This document shows positions 1 to 13,252 of a stretch of 64,000 nucleotides of DNA, piece after piece. The DNA is from Antedon mediterranea (Eukaryota > Animalia > Echinodermata). The translations under genes and the position numbers were made by a program. Each line of letters starts with the position of its first letter. Within the stretch, counting starts at the first letter, position 1. The notes below the pieces were generated by a model. That model was given only the letters and a program-made list of their open reading frames with translations. It was not told where the DNA came from and did no database searches. The stretch is taken from positions 20,770,001 through 20,834,000 of the forward strand of contig NC_092671.1 in the NCBI RefSeq assembly GCF_964355755.1. The letters run 5' to 3'.

Positions 1-47
1 GATAACATAATTACCAGAAGGTCCTACTATTTGGTTTATATATATAA

Positions 48-168
48 ACTTATCGTTTTGATTTAGCTTTTCGCTTTTTTTTGTATCTCCATTGAGATCC
101 AGCCACTGATACCCACAGCATTGTCATTTTTTCAGTAATTTTCCTTTGCATTTATATACATATATAAA
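48..168 (+). repeat. Partial copy of the Penelope-type terminal repeat also found at 54963-55160 and 61310-62090
   Basis: Shared sequence TTTGATTTAGCTTTTCGC...GTATCTCCA(T/G)TGAGATCCAGCCACTGAT. Confidence 0.7.
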
Positions 169-744
169 TCAAACTGTAAATTATAGAAACAGTGCTCATA
201 TTCGGAACATGATCTCATAATCGCGTCGAGCATAGCTCATTGGCGAAAGTAAACAATATAATATATAATTTGATTTGACAGTATGATATATATATATATA
301 TATATGTGTATATATGAAATCATTCTTTTAAGTAGAGGTAATAATTAATAATATTGTTTTAGTAGTTTTGCAGCTTATTATTGTACGATATATATGTACT
401 ATATATGGGATTGAAAGTTGCTATCGGAAAACGATAATCAGTTGTTTATTTTCGCTATACCTGATACCGTACGTGTATCAGGGGAGTTCCGTTATCCCAA
501 GTACGATATAATTGGATAAAATATGGATGAGTAAAGTAAAATAATGAAACAGCAGAAATGTCACAATTTAAAAGATAAAAAATGTTGTTTAAAAATGACG
601 TTAAAACATGAACAACATGTAAATGATTTGCATGTTTGATGAATATAATTTGTTTTGTTGAGAACTTTAAAATCTTCAAAAGATTAATATTCATGTAATC
701 AACATAAAGGAAATGTTAGAGATAACTTAATTTCATTTTAAATT

Positions 745-1320
745 ATATGAAGATAGCGAGTGTGCGGTATTGGAAGGAAGCAAAGAATCTACATGATTCA
801 AAGTCACTATTGGCGGGAAGCAAGGAGATGTAATGCCAGGCTTCCTTTTCTTAATTGTAATTGATTGGATAAATGAGGAAAACAATAGAAGGAATACGCT
901 GGAAATTCATGCGCAAGTTCTTGATCTTGATTTTGCAGATGACATTGCATTACTTTCAAGTGTATGCAAGTAAAGGTAACCAAAATGAATCAAATATCTA
1001 AAAAACTGGCCTAAAAACAGGAAGGAAACAGAAGTTCTAAATAATATGCAAAGCCATGGTATTTTTTCAAAGTTAAAAAGAATCTGGAAAACAACAACAA
1101 TCAGTCTGAAAACTAAGATCAGGTAATTCAAAACATTGGTAAAGTCTGCTCTTTAATATAGAGCTGAGAGAAAATCAACGAACACGATAACCAGAAACAC
1201 TGTTATTCAAATGTCTACGGCAGATTCTTAAAAAAACATGGTCATAATTATTATAACAAATGAAAATCTACTAAAAACAGTGGGAAAATATAGAGAATAC
1301 CTTGAATAGAGGACATGGAA
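745..1320 (+). mobile_element. Decayed RTE-type LINE reverse transcriptase fragment (lies in the intron of the eh1 gene)
   Basis: Manual translation gives YEDSECAVLEG...KQGDVMPGFLFLIVIDW, GIRWKF and LDLDFADDIALLSS (RT FADD motif), with stops and frameshifts. Confidence 0.75.
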
Positions 1321-1564
1321 CGAAGCAAAACAAATCGCTAACGATAGAACTTTTCAATGTACACAGAACAGCGGTAACGGTAAAGTCACGTAGAATCTGT
1401 ATATCTTAATCGGGTTTTCGCTCCAAGTTTTGTGTAAATGGTCATAAGGAATATAACATAACATAGATTCTATAGTTTTGTTTTCCATTTACCGCTCCCT
1501 GTGTAAATTGGCCTTTATGTGCCACGATGCCCGAAGAGGATAGGTAATGAAAGGTAATTAACTT

Positions 1565-1866
1565 ACCGTATTTATTGAAATAAAAGAAACGAAATGAATG
1601 CTTTGAATAAACGCCTCCCTCGAATAAATGCCCCGCCACATGCATATATACAAAACATTGTATTATACAACACACTTAAGTAGAATTCATTGATTGACAT
1701 TATCTACAATTTACCAAGCAGTTTTTACTGTATTTTATCACTTCTCGATATTAATTTTTTTTCCTCATATCTAGGGAGTGTTTATTTGATTATACATGTT
1801 ACCATATTACACCCAAAAATATTAACGCCTCCTCCGAAGAAACGCGTTTGAGAGGACACCGGCGAA
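1565..1866. mobile_element. Tc1/pogo-like MITE (TACCGTA-type end); second copy at ~10572-10888
   Basis: Starts TACCGTATTTATT. Subterminal AATAAACGCCTCCCTCGAATAAA motifs and internal sequence are shared with 10572-10888, which ends in AAATACGGTA. Confidence 0.6.
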
Positions 1867-2477
1867 ATTATGTTTAATTATTATAAATGTTTCTATTTAT
1901 TAAGATTTAACTTAGACACTTTTATGTACATATCATTATACATCATATACTGTACATATCATGTTTTATTGTAGATAATAGTGTTTTCGGAATCCTATTT
2001 CTATAATGATTATTGAATTTATTTTGACTTTAGCTTTTTGTTTTTATTTTATATTTAAATATTAGATAAATTTGTCTCAAATAATATTACAAATCCCTTC
2101 TAACGATTTCTTATATATAAGGATGCACATTATTATGTATCTATATTTAATAATAATGAGCTAAGTATAGTTACTTAATATAACTTAAAGAAACCTATGA
2201 TAAATTACAGCTTCATTACAAGGCCTATAGATACTTGCGGAGACAGGTTTAAACAATACTAGTTACAATAAATATTAAATAAATCGTATTTCTTCTTTTT
2301 TGCCGCTGCTGCTGCTGCTGCAAAATTGAAGCATTACAACCTAATGTATCTTATGCACTTTCCGAAAGTATTTTCATCAGAAAGATTTCAGGTTTTAAGA
2401 AAGGGTTATCTCGTCAATAATGAAATATTTTATTTAACACCATAAGCGCTTTTCATCATTTTACAATACATACTTAC

Positions 2478-2952
2478 CCTTAAAAATTACACTGTCCGCC
2501 GGCATATTTGCAGTAGGATCCATTGCATGCCGACCTATCCCTAAACCACTACACATACTTGCACCCATACCAGGAAGTAAGGGTGACGATACTGTGGGTG
2601 GCGTCGACTGCATAGGCGAATGCACCGATGAAGACGTAAACATTCCATACTGATCAGTGTATGGTAACTGGGGCTGAGTCAAACGGCCCGTGGTGTTTCC
2701 ATGATAACTATTTTGAGTATCATCAACCGATCTTAGACCTGTACATGGAGGGTTTGAATCTTGTCGTAAATGGTACATTGGTAAAAGGCCACCTGTGCTT
2801 ACCAGCATTCCCGCCGATGAACTGTGCATTGCAGGTACTCCATGATAAATTTGTCCCAGTCGTCCTACCTGATATCCACTGCCAGGATAGCCAGGTGAAC
2901 CGGCCTGAGGGGTTCTTGTCGGTGACATAAGAGAATCTATAGTAAAAGCCAT
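2478..2952 (-). CDS. First coding exon of a probable homeobox/transcriptional repressor gene (eh1 motif); downstream exons not identified in window
   Basis: ORF begins MAFTIDSLM (eh1 consensus FxIxxIL/M). An in-frame TAA lies 7 codons upstream of the ATG. Higher GC than flanks; Ser/Pro/Gly/His/Met-rich low-complexity N-terminus. Strong donor AAG G|GTAAGT (plus ACTTAC 2472-2477) gives a 475-nt phase-1 exon. Family (Gbx/Emx/Not-like) cannot be fixed without the DNA-binding domain. Confidence 0.8.
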
Positions 2953-3060
2953 GAAGAGTTTTGATGTTGGTTAGTCTTGTCGTGTGTCAACTTGTCAATC
3001 GTTTTTGCAAATGAAAGTATTGGCATTGTCTGTAAGGTTGTCCCAATCGTCTAGAGCCGA

Positions 3061-3240
3061 TGCTATTATAGAAGTGATCAATCACGAACAACATCAAACA
3101 CCTGATTGCTAACTATTTCAGAAAGGACTGTACACCGACGGAGGCCAGAAGCTACAAACGAAACATGTGATTGGCGGGGCGGAGACTACCGGTCTTACAC
3201 AGGGATTCGCTCTACAAAATACTTAGATATGATTGGTCGA
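3061..3240 (-). promoter_or_regulatory. Proximal promoter of the eh1 gene
   Basis: Minus-strand TATAATA at ~3064-3070 (~110 bp upstream of the ATG). CCAAT boxes (plus ATTGG at 3170-3174 and 3232-3236) and a GC box GGGGCGGAG at 3176-3184, in a locally CpG-richer stretch. Confidence 0.6.
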
Positions 3241-3456
3241 ATATGTTGAGATTTTGGCTGCGAGATCGCTGTTGCATTTAACAGAGTGGCAAAGAAAGCA
3301 TGGATCAGTTGAGGTTAGAGATAATTATTAGTCAAGAACAGTGAGTAGTAGATATGTCTTTCTTTCTACCAAACATTATTAATGTATTGTAATATAAATA
3401 GAATAAGATCATTTTTAAATATTCGTTAGTTTCTTATAAATTTAAAACAGATTAAA

Positions 3457-3612
3457 GCCTAGTTTACACTAGCAAATTTTGTTTGTAAATTGGAGTATTG
3501 TCCGAATAAAGTCTGCATACTTTGTTGTCAACATGTCTACAGTAGCAAACTTTGGAAAACTTTTCTTGTTTTACAAAAAGTTTACAAACCAAGTCTTGCC
3601 AGTGTAGAGCAA
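3457..3612. mobile_element. Small PIF/Harbinger-like MITE remnant
   Basis: Imperfect terminal inverted repeats GCCTAGTTTACACTAGCAAA...TTTGTAAA / TTTACAAA...TTGCCAGTGTAGAGC. Confidence 0.45.
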
Positions 3613-4149
3613 TTTACACTTTACTAAGCACAACTATACGGAAACACAACATATATAGCCTCTTAAGGTAACGGAGCTATAACGTTATTGTCAGTAACAT
3701 CTCCATACACTAATTCATATGATTTAAAATGTTAACGAAATTATGTAAATGTTGATTGTAAAAATCGTTCATCCCTATTTGTTTAGTTTATTTATTTACG
3801 CGATATCGATTTCGCCTTAATGCCCGCAGCTGAGAGAAAGCTCAACTTGTTACTATTTTAATTATAATAACTTATAATACTAATTAATAACAATGTAAAT
3901 AATGGTTGCAAGTATTTTCTAATTAGTGTACTTTGAAATTAATAAACATTATTAAATCAATGTGGACTTTTAAAATATTCTTTAAAAATAAATCTTTATC
4001 TTTATTATAATTAGTATTACCATTATATATTATTATGTGGAATGCTATATTCATGCTAAACACCTTTATTTGTTGCAAATGCCATCCATATTATTAATTC
4101 ACATTACCATCGATAAAATACTGTATTGTAATTAAGAATATGTAAAGGA

Positions 4150-4290
4150 AACCTTTTAAACATGTGTATTCTATATTTTATATATCTATGTTTTTTTTTA
4201 TCGTACTAATATTTGCCAATCTTTAAGAAGAATTTGTATTGTTATTTTATTATGATAATGTACAAATAAATAATTTCAGTATTCAGTATT
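4150..4290 (+). repeat. LINE-like 3' end (AATAAA plus TCAGTAT repeat tail); inverted copy at ~52420-52540
   Basis: 4203-4290 matches the reverse complement of 52423-52506. Confidence 0.55.
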
Positions 4291-7200
4291 TTTCATTTTG
4301 GTTTTCAGCCAAATCAAATTCTATTGTAACTTAATAATGTGAATTACTATTTTATATTAGCTTCTTGATTATTCAAAGCCTTTTCTTCTACAGGCAAAGA
4401 AGAATTAATTCATATTATTTCACTAGTATTACATTTCGTGTTAATGATCTTACCCACGTTTTCACCTAAAATTAATTTCTTTCAAATGCTAAATAATTAA
4501 AAAACAAACTTTAATTTTTTTAAATGAAATTTCAAAATGCAATAGTAATCAACCCTATATCCAATGAATAGTGAAACAATATTTATTATCAATTATGCGT
4601 TATCGTAGTTGGTGGATTTATAACATAATAATTAAGCGCTTTTTAAATATCGAATAATAAATCAAAACATTAAAACTGTAATTATTTCCACTATATATCT
4701 AATTTATTGTACAGTACATTGGTCTATGTATTCTGTGACTGTGATCAGTTTACTTGTGGAAGCTAACGAATTTTTAAAATTTCGTATATTAAATTTTAGA
4801 TGTGTTTATAAATGTTAATATTACTTGAGTTTTAAGACAGATAACACGAATAGAAACAATTAACCAATTCTACACAGATATATCAAAAATGTTTACTACA
4901 TTGTGATTCACAAAGTGCGTGTATTAATCATAAAAGAATGTATATAACCAAAGATATACATAATGTGATGAAAATGTACTTTTGGGGTAATTGTGAATTG
5001 AAAACCTCTTTTTTCCTGGAGATTCAACGTATTGATGTATTTAGTCAGCGAAATTAACATTGACGTCTTCTTGAAGTCTTGGTTGAAGCTATTTAAGAAT
5101 GTCTTGTACTAGGTTATAAAATATCTGTGTAATCACATCAAGTATAGATATAATTATGTATTTTGTTTATGGAACCACACGTTAAAAAGATCGCCTTTGT
5201 TACTATTACCAGAATTTTAAATAAGTTGTAAGGTGTTGTTTCTGTAAGTGTTTGTTTCTCCGTTTATAAGCTTTTGTTTTGTTTCAGTCTTTGGCTATGC
5301 TTGTTTATCATACATACTATTTTGAAAGGTTGTTTTTGTTATTGAAGTATACCTGAATATATAAAAATGTAATAAGATGATTTCAAAATATTTTCGAAAT
5401 TCTACAATGGTGGTCGTATAACACGGTTTATTAAATGTTTTTTATGTAGGTTGTACCTACTGGTTGTCGTCGAACACCATGAATTAAAGTAAAGTAAGGG
5501 AGGAAATGCCGTAAATGAGTTTATAATGTGACTAGTTGTAAAAATATTATGTTGTGATGCTCGTGATTATGGGTAAGGTAATATGGTTTCCAACCCCGAA
5601 ACCAGTTCTAGAAATACCGGTGTCCGGCGGGGATAGTTTCACCAAGTATAGTTTACGTTCTATTTATTTGTTGTTAGCCGAAACCGTTCAATTCATTTCA
5701 TTTCAATGTAGGCCTAAATGTTTTTTATATATTTACAAATGTCAGTAGGCGCATTAGTTCTCAACAAAACAGGAATGCTTACAATCTGTGTGCATAGTTT
5801 CTAGCAATGCTTGAATTGTTTTATATTGTGTTTTATATTGTTTTGAATTTAAAAAAACACATATTATTAACGACGACGATGATGATGATCATAATGACGA
5901 CGAATGTGGTGACGAGTTAAAGGCGAATTCCAGCACAAAGCATAATAACTAGTTTAAAAGATTATTTTAATGGTTTCAATCTATGATTTTACATTTGTAC
6001 AGGACGTGAAAATGATGTTATGCTTATGTCCTTGAGGTTTATTGTGTTCTGCTTTCACACCAACTAATTCATTTATTCTTTGTTTGCTCGTTTGCCTCGT
6101 AGAATACTTGTAAACAAATTTCAATAGCAAGAGGTTGTGAAAGAATTAAATGATATAGTATTTTAAAATTTAAGTATATTATAGAAAATTACTTTTATCT
6201 GACATATGTAGCTTTGTGCGTAAACAAACTATATAAATCTTCAATAAATAATAATATTAATAACAGAACAAAATTACAATACTATTTAACACGATAACTA
6301 TATTTTATGTATTGAGAATAATATTAATAATAATATTAACAATGATAATGATAATGATAATAATAATGATAATGATGATGATGATGACTATAACTCCAAC
6401 AGTAACGCACCAAATCAACCATTGTGCAGACATGATTGTTTGAATGGTTGCTCTTTATGTTTCCATTATATTTATCGTGGGCAATCATGTAGGCCTATAA
6501 TGTTTGTGTAATGTTTCTAGGTAAATGGTTGAAATATGTGGTATAGCTTTTTCAGTCCAAGAATTTCAAAATGACTTTTTTTTAAACATACTAAAATCTA
6601 GGCCTATATAGATATTAGGCCTAGTAATTAGGTATTAGTAAATACCTAAAATTCATAATTTCAAAATGGCTGCCATTTGAAAACTTTGAGCCTAATTATC
6701 TCTTTAATCACCATAAGTATTTTGTATAAGAATGTATTAAACACTAATATAAACATTACCCTTAAGATTCAGAATAAAAAAATATAATTTTGCCTTTGGA
6801 GAGTCTAAGTCAAAGGTTATTTTATTACACTATATGAAATTATGTTATATCTTAAACTCGAGTATTGAATAAGAATGTAGTATAAATAAATGTGACCTTA
6901 AAGATTCAAACATCTAATCTGTGCTTTCTTCTGGAAATAGGACACAAGGTTAAAGGCGAAAGGCTTAAAATGTATTGTCCCCAAAGAACATGAAAAATGA
7001 ACAGTATTTAAATCTGACTTATTTTGTAGTTTTAATAAAGTTAATCCCTTCCGTTTAAAAAACTCCGGAAAAAAACAGTTTTTTAATATTATTGAATACG
7101 CCATTTTAATGGCACAATAGTTATTCACTTTGACAAAAAAATGTATGGAAATGAACTCTTGAATGAATTCTTTAACCTAATAAAATCATAATTTAAAGAA

Positions 7201-9487
7201 AGAATAGTAAACTGGAAGCCCATTGTCTGAAATCAATGGGTTGTATTTGATTTACCTTTTTTGTTCTTTTAAATTGTTTTAAAGCTAAATAATTATTTTT
7301 TAAATAACCTGATTAAAATGACTTTTTTTGATTTTAGTATTTATTTTTATACTAAAATATAATTTTGCCTTTGGAGAGTCTAAGTCAAAGGTTATTTTAT
7401 TACACTATATGAAATTATGTTATATCTTAAACTCGAGTGTTGAATAAGAATGTAGTATAAATAAATGTGACCTTAAAGATTCAAACATCTAATCTGTGCT
7501 TTCTTCTGGAAATAGGACACAACGTTTAAAATTGACAGTCCCTTTTTTTAATGCAAGTTATGGGTTGAAAAAATAAATACTAAAATCAAAAAAAGTCATT
7601 TTGTAGTTTTAATCATGTTATTTAAAAAATAATGATTTAGCTTTAAAACAATTTAAAAGAACAAAAAAGGTAATCTTTCTCTCTGTTTCTTGATAATACT
7701 GGGGATTTTAAAACAAAGAATGAGGTTTCGCAGAGGGGATATTCATTGCATGAAAAAGTATAGATTAACATGAATAAAAGCTTTGCAAATATTGATAAAT
7801 AAGGTGTAATAAAATAAAATAATGCTCAAAAATGTACTTCTTTATATTTTTTTTACTTTTTACAATCCAACATACATCAGCGTTGGTGCAAATTGATATT
7901 CTAGGATATTGTAGGTTGGTTTTGTAGGACGCGTTTATACAACACGCTATTACACTTAATTGCGAAAAAGCTATTTGGCTGAATCCTAAAATTGGAAGTG
8001 TCTACAGGGTAGTGTTTTGACCTATCGTTAAATAAAAGTATGTCCTGTGACAATTTTTACCAAATCTAGTAGATAATTGTGCCTTTGTTTGCACATTTTA
8101 ACCGATTTAGAGCTTAACAATAACGCTTATCAAATGTTGGCATAATTTTACAAAACGTAGCATAGTTTTATCCTAATGTTAACCCTATTTTATACTTTCA
8201 GTTTGTTTCATCATCATGTGTTATTAAAGTAAAATTTAACTTCAACAGTCCGTGTAAGAGCTAATGAAATCAATGTTTACCTTATTTTACAGTGAAATAA
8301 TAGGACAAATACAATAAAATGCTGTAATTTTAACAAGATATCCAAATAATTTTATCTGTGCATGTTTCAACAAAACCCATTTCACTGTGCAAAGAAAATA
8401 TATTTTTGACCTAAAAGTTCATATTTATAGACAACTGATCTAACTAAGCATACTTTCAATAAGAAGTATCAATACAACATATACAAAGAAATAAAAGAAA
8501 ATAAGAATCGAAATAATTGACGAATATTAATCATTAAGATGCAATTATTTTATTGTAAAAAAAACAAATCGTATATAGGCCTACATACGTATTGATTAAT
8601 AAATAAGTATGGTGGTTGTAAAAAGGGCAAGTGCGTTCACTATTTTCATTATATATTTGCCTACTTAATAAATAAATAATAATAACATAATTAGATGGGT
8701 TCAACACTATCTTGAAATTATTTAGCTTGGATATATTGATTGATGGTTTGGCCATGGACCTATTGGCAATACAGTAAATAAATTAAATGTCACGTGTTCT
8801 ACTAGAGGCTATTTTGATTATGCAGTGATACCATCTTCATTGTATCAGCACCAATGACAATAATGCCACACCAGTTTCTTTTAAAATTAATGTCGCACAA
8901 GGTCTAAATCATTTTACGTGGTACACTTATGACATTTTCTCTCCATTTCATCCAACAAACATAGACAGCTTGTTAAATGATTCAATACAGAAGTAATAAT
9001 TTGTACCGAGTCTACTGAAATGAGTGTTTCAACATCAAAGAAAAGCCGCCCGATCGTTTACACTGACAAGGATAATTAGACAGGCTTATAACCCCCTTTC
9101 GATACTGGTTCAGTGGTCTGAAGAGTACATAACAAGTCCAGTTACGACTCATTCGGATGAAGCGATTTATCTCATGGGTATCCTGGCCTTCAAAATCATT
9201 CATCACGAATAGAAAAAGATAAACCGATCTTTCTCTCTGTTTCTTGATAATACTGGGATTTTAAAACAATGAATGAGGTTTCGCAGAGGGGATATACATC
9301 GCATGAAAAAGTATAGATTAACATGAATAAAAGCTTTGCAAATATTGAGAAAACATTATTATAATAAATTACCTTTATCAAAGAAAATACAACTTTTTTA
9401 ATACTGTATGAATCTAATACAGTAGGCCTTATACTTTGCTTAGATTGAATATAATATTCGTGTAGCTTTCAAATGAGTTTTAACAAA

Positions 9488-9754
9488 TACCGTAAAACCT
9501 CGAAAAGAAGCTCATGGACTTATTTTGTTTAGTACTTTTGGATGGGCTTAATTTCAAGATGGGCTGCTTTTCGAGATGGGCTTCCTTTTGTGATTACTTA
9601 AAATAAATTTAATTATTAATTAATCGTTCATACATTATATCTGCATCACACGTTGTCTGCCATTACATCACCTTTATTTCTTTGATATTCAATAGTATCT
9701 CGAAAAGAAGCAATACTATCTCAAAAAGAATCCCTTTGGCAGACGGTTTACGGT
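9488..9754. mobile_element. Tc1/pogo (Tigger-like) MITE remnant; related right end at ~27855-27931
   Basis: TACCGTAAAACCTCGAAAAGAAGC...GTTTACGGTA; the TCGAAAAGAAGC motif is repeated and recurs at 27857. Confidence 0.5.
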
Positions 9755-10571
9755 ATACATATTATTTTTATTGTACATCATATCGTAAATCATCATCGCT
9801 TAACAAAGATCAAACGATATTAAAATCCTTCATTCGTGGTGCTAAATTACGCAATAATCTTCAAATTGTAATAGATTGCAATTGTTTGTAATTTTTAGAG
9901 GATAGAGAGCAGTTTGTCTGTTTCAATAAGAACATTTTTGAAATACTGTAAATATCATATATATGTATGTCTCAAAGATGATGCGTTATCATTGTTGTTT
10001 CTTCGTGAGGTACTTTTACTTTTTCCTCCTTAGACTCAGATATTTTTTTCTGTTGCATTTTCAGTTATTCAAATATTACCGATGGAATTTTAAAAATGTT
10101 TTGGAAAACACAACATTATTACTAATATTTTAATATTTATATTACTATTTAAATTATTATTATTTTATTAGTGATCCTATTATCTATTTTTATTAATTTT
10201 TTTTAAGTAACAAGCAGAGGAATAATTGGTAACCAATATAACCTTTTTGTTGGCAGCGAAAGAAAATATGCAAGTTTGTTTGTAACACCTTAAAGTCAAT
10301 AATCTTACTTTTGGGAAAGTAGGTCATAATAATTGATGCATAAACCCGCCTTAATGATTGCGTTAGAAATAACGCGTAAATGACGAATAGTAAAATCCTA
10401 CAGCTTGACTCTTGTTGTAAACAGTCTGAAAGGAGGTCAGTTAATATTTGTCATTTGTTTATTCAAAAAGTTTGCAAGTCTGTCAAACCCATAGAGGGCG
10501 TTCTTTCTAATTCATTTTTATAAACATTTTCAATATTAAATTATAGAATTCGGTAAACACAGACGACAGCA

Positions 10572-10888
10572 GCGTTTTTATTCGAATAAACACCTCCCTC
10601 AAATAAACGCTTCTGGGCCTCTTTTTATTTCCTCGAATAAACGCCCCGCCACATGCATATAGGCCTATACACAATATTGTATTACCACAAATTTGTATTT
10701 GCAGTAGAATTAATTGATTGACATAATCTACAATTTACCAAGCATTTAGATACAGTTTTTTACTGTATTTTATCACTTCTCGATATTAATTGTGTTTTCA
10801 ATGGGGTATTTATTTGATTATACATGTTACCATATTACGCCAAAAAAATAAACGCCTCCCTCGAATAAATGAATACCGTAAATACGGT
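10572..10888. mobile_element. Tc1/pogo-like MITE, copy 2
   Basis: Aligns by eye with 1565-1866; right end ...AAATACGGTA. Confidence 0.6.
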
Positions 10889-12129
10889 AACTTAAATAAT
10901 GTGAAGGCATAGTTTTATGATACATTAAAATTATGTTTGTCTATTTAAAAGATAACAACTATACATTTTACAACATTTTACAATCTATAAAGAAATAAAT
11001 CTGAAAGATCCATAGATATATGCACGATTTTGTTTAGGGTTGAAATAGGAGTAGGCCTATGTATGCTTCCTATGATGGACCAAGGCAATCTAACAACATG
11101 ATGCTGAGAGTATTGAAAGGTTTATCTGTGGCTGCGACACGATCAGTTCTACGTCCATTGAACAGACAGTGCGCACCGAGGAGAATATTTACATTGCAGA
11201 ATACTGTTGACAGTGTCGCAGCCAGACATAAGATCAAAGAATGTTACGAGTTTCTATCTCAATGCGAGTCCTGTAATTGTTAAATTGCCTTCTCAAATTG
11301 AATTCCAATTACAATGTTTCTAAATGACACATTGTCATACCCCAAACATCTATTAATATTACATACACATTTTTTACAAGTACCGGTATCCTTTATTTTT
11401 CATATGAAAAGCCTTTTGTTTGTTGCCAAGATTCTATGTAATAGTTTATAATTAAATTCAGCTATTTTTTTGTCTTTCATTTTGCATATTTTATTTAGCC
11501 AACATGATTTCCAGTCTATATAATTATCATTGAAATATTGTTCCCATTTTTTGTGCAAGGGTTAAATAAATACCTCTTTTACAAAACTTAAATATACTGT
11601 TTTTGTTTGTATAACTTTAAACCGATTTTCAGCAGTATCATCTATAATAATGAAGATACAGTTATTTGAGTTAATAAATTGCTATTTTATTTTTATAACC
11701 TAATGTGTATTTTTAATGTAATAATTTATAATGTTTGTATTTGATTGTGTAGTAAGGTAAGTCCATATTTATTTTTTTGTTGTTGCACATCTCTTGAGAA
11801 TTGTGCCTCTGTTATAAAAGAGAAACAATAAAGTTATTATTATTATTATTACTTTAAGACTGCTCGCCGGCTTTTGTCTGCTATCTTTTAACACTAGCCG
11901 GTCTGAAAATGGTGTAACAACATATAAACATGTTGACGAGATTCGAATAAGTAGATGCGCGCTCTTTTAAATGTGATGATCTATGACGCACAAACGATGA
12001 CAATTCATGACATCCAATAGACAAAATGTGTATATGAATTCGAATCTACAATTCAACAATTTTACCGTTTTTTGTTTTGTTGCTCAAGTTCATGATATTC
12101 TAATTTGTTGATATGATGGCGTAATATAA

Positions 12130-13200
12130 TCTAGGAGAAAATGGGGTACGCATTTAGCGAGATACGCTCTATGTCAAAACATCTGGTGGTAGGTACAAAT
12201 TTTTTTATTTTTTCACGAATTTGTAATAAATCGGGTCAACTTTATATATGGAATGAAAAAGCGTGTTCCACGTGAAGTTTTGCGCGCGCGCATTTGAAAA
12301 TTTAAAATGTACAAAACTGATTTCTAATCAATTTCGCGTACATTTCAGGTCATTTTGAGCATTTCAACATTTTCTAAATTCCTTCTGTAGTAGATTTCAT
12401 TCATTTTTATGAACTTTAATTGCAAAATAACGACGCACGTGCACGTTAAACTTTAATTAATGTGTGCAAAAAAAAAAGGTAATTTAATGCAAATTTGTTT
12501 TTAATTATACCTATTTTTAATCGGTTATAGCTCCTTAGGATAGCTGGTTACCCATATGTTTTTAATGCATTATGGAAGCTAATGAGTTGTAGATATCAAT
12601 TCATGTAAAATTGATATCTACCGGATGTTCTGACCTCCCAATTTTTTTTCTCTTTTGTACTAGTTAATCCCATAAAGCACATCGCGCTTATGCTTCCCCG
12701 TTTTCTTCTAGATTTTAATATGTTCTTTCTCAATCAATTTTCTTTCACATGTTTTACAAAAACTACAATTTTTATTAAGTCATCGTCAAAATTAGAGTTA
12801 CTTAAGTTTATCTATACAGTATATTTCAATCTGTTATAGCTCCTCGGAATGAAAAGTGATAAAAACTTATTATGGAAGCTGTTGAATTGTAGATGTAATT
12901 TAAAAAAATGTTGTCTTTTGGATGTCCTGACGTCATCATATGGTCAGTTGAATTCAAATAGTCTGATTTTCATCTCGTTCGTAAAAATTCACCGCGTTTA
13001 AAATAGCGCGCATTTATTTTCTACGTGTACGATTTGAACGAGTTCAAATCTAGTTTTATTAAGTTTCATTAACAAATATTTGTTGGTTCTAAATTTATGA
13101 TCAGTCATAGAAATTCATAAAATCGTGTGTAAATTACGCTACCCGGCTGTAACATCGTCAGCTTGGCTGCACATCTACACTTCAAAGTCAATCTTTTGAC
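12130..13200 (+). mobile_element. Fragmented body of the HINE core repeat family
   Basis: Shares core motifs (TGACGTCATCATATGGyCAGTTGAATTC; GAAGCTGTTGAATTGTAGAT) with 57120-61300. A 3'-end remnant ACGAGTTCAAATCTAGTT lies at ~13037-13054. Confidence 0.6.
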
Positions 13201-13252
13201 AAAGTTATGTTCACAAGCATTATGCCTAATGTGGATATGATGTGTACAAAAT

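Noticed and set aside
2661-2930. 89-aa plus-strand ORF
   Set aside because: Antisense shadow of the eh1 exon; no recognisable motifs.
9012-9230. Overlapping short ORFs in a GC-richer patch
   Set aside because: No convincing motif in any frame; left unassigned.
11059-11850. 74-aa ORF as a host gene
   Set aside because: No recognisable domain or splice context. The region ends in AATAAA plus (ATT)n, more like a decayed retroelement 3' end, but the family could not be supported.
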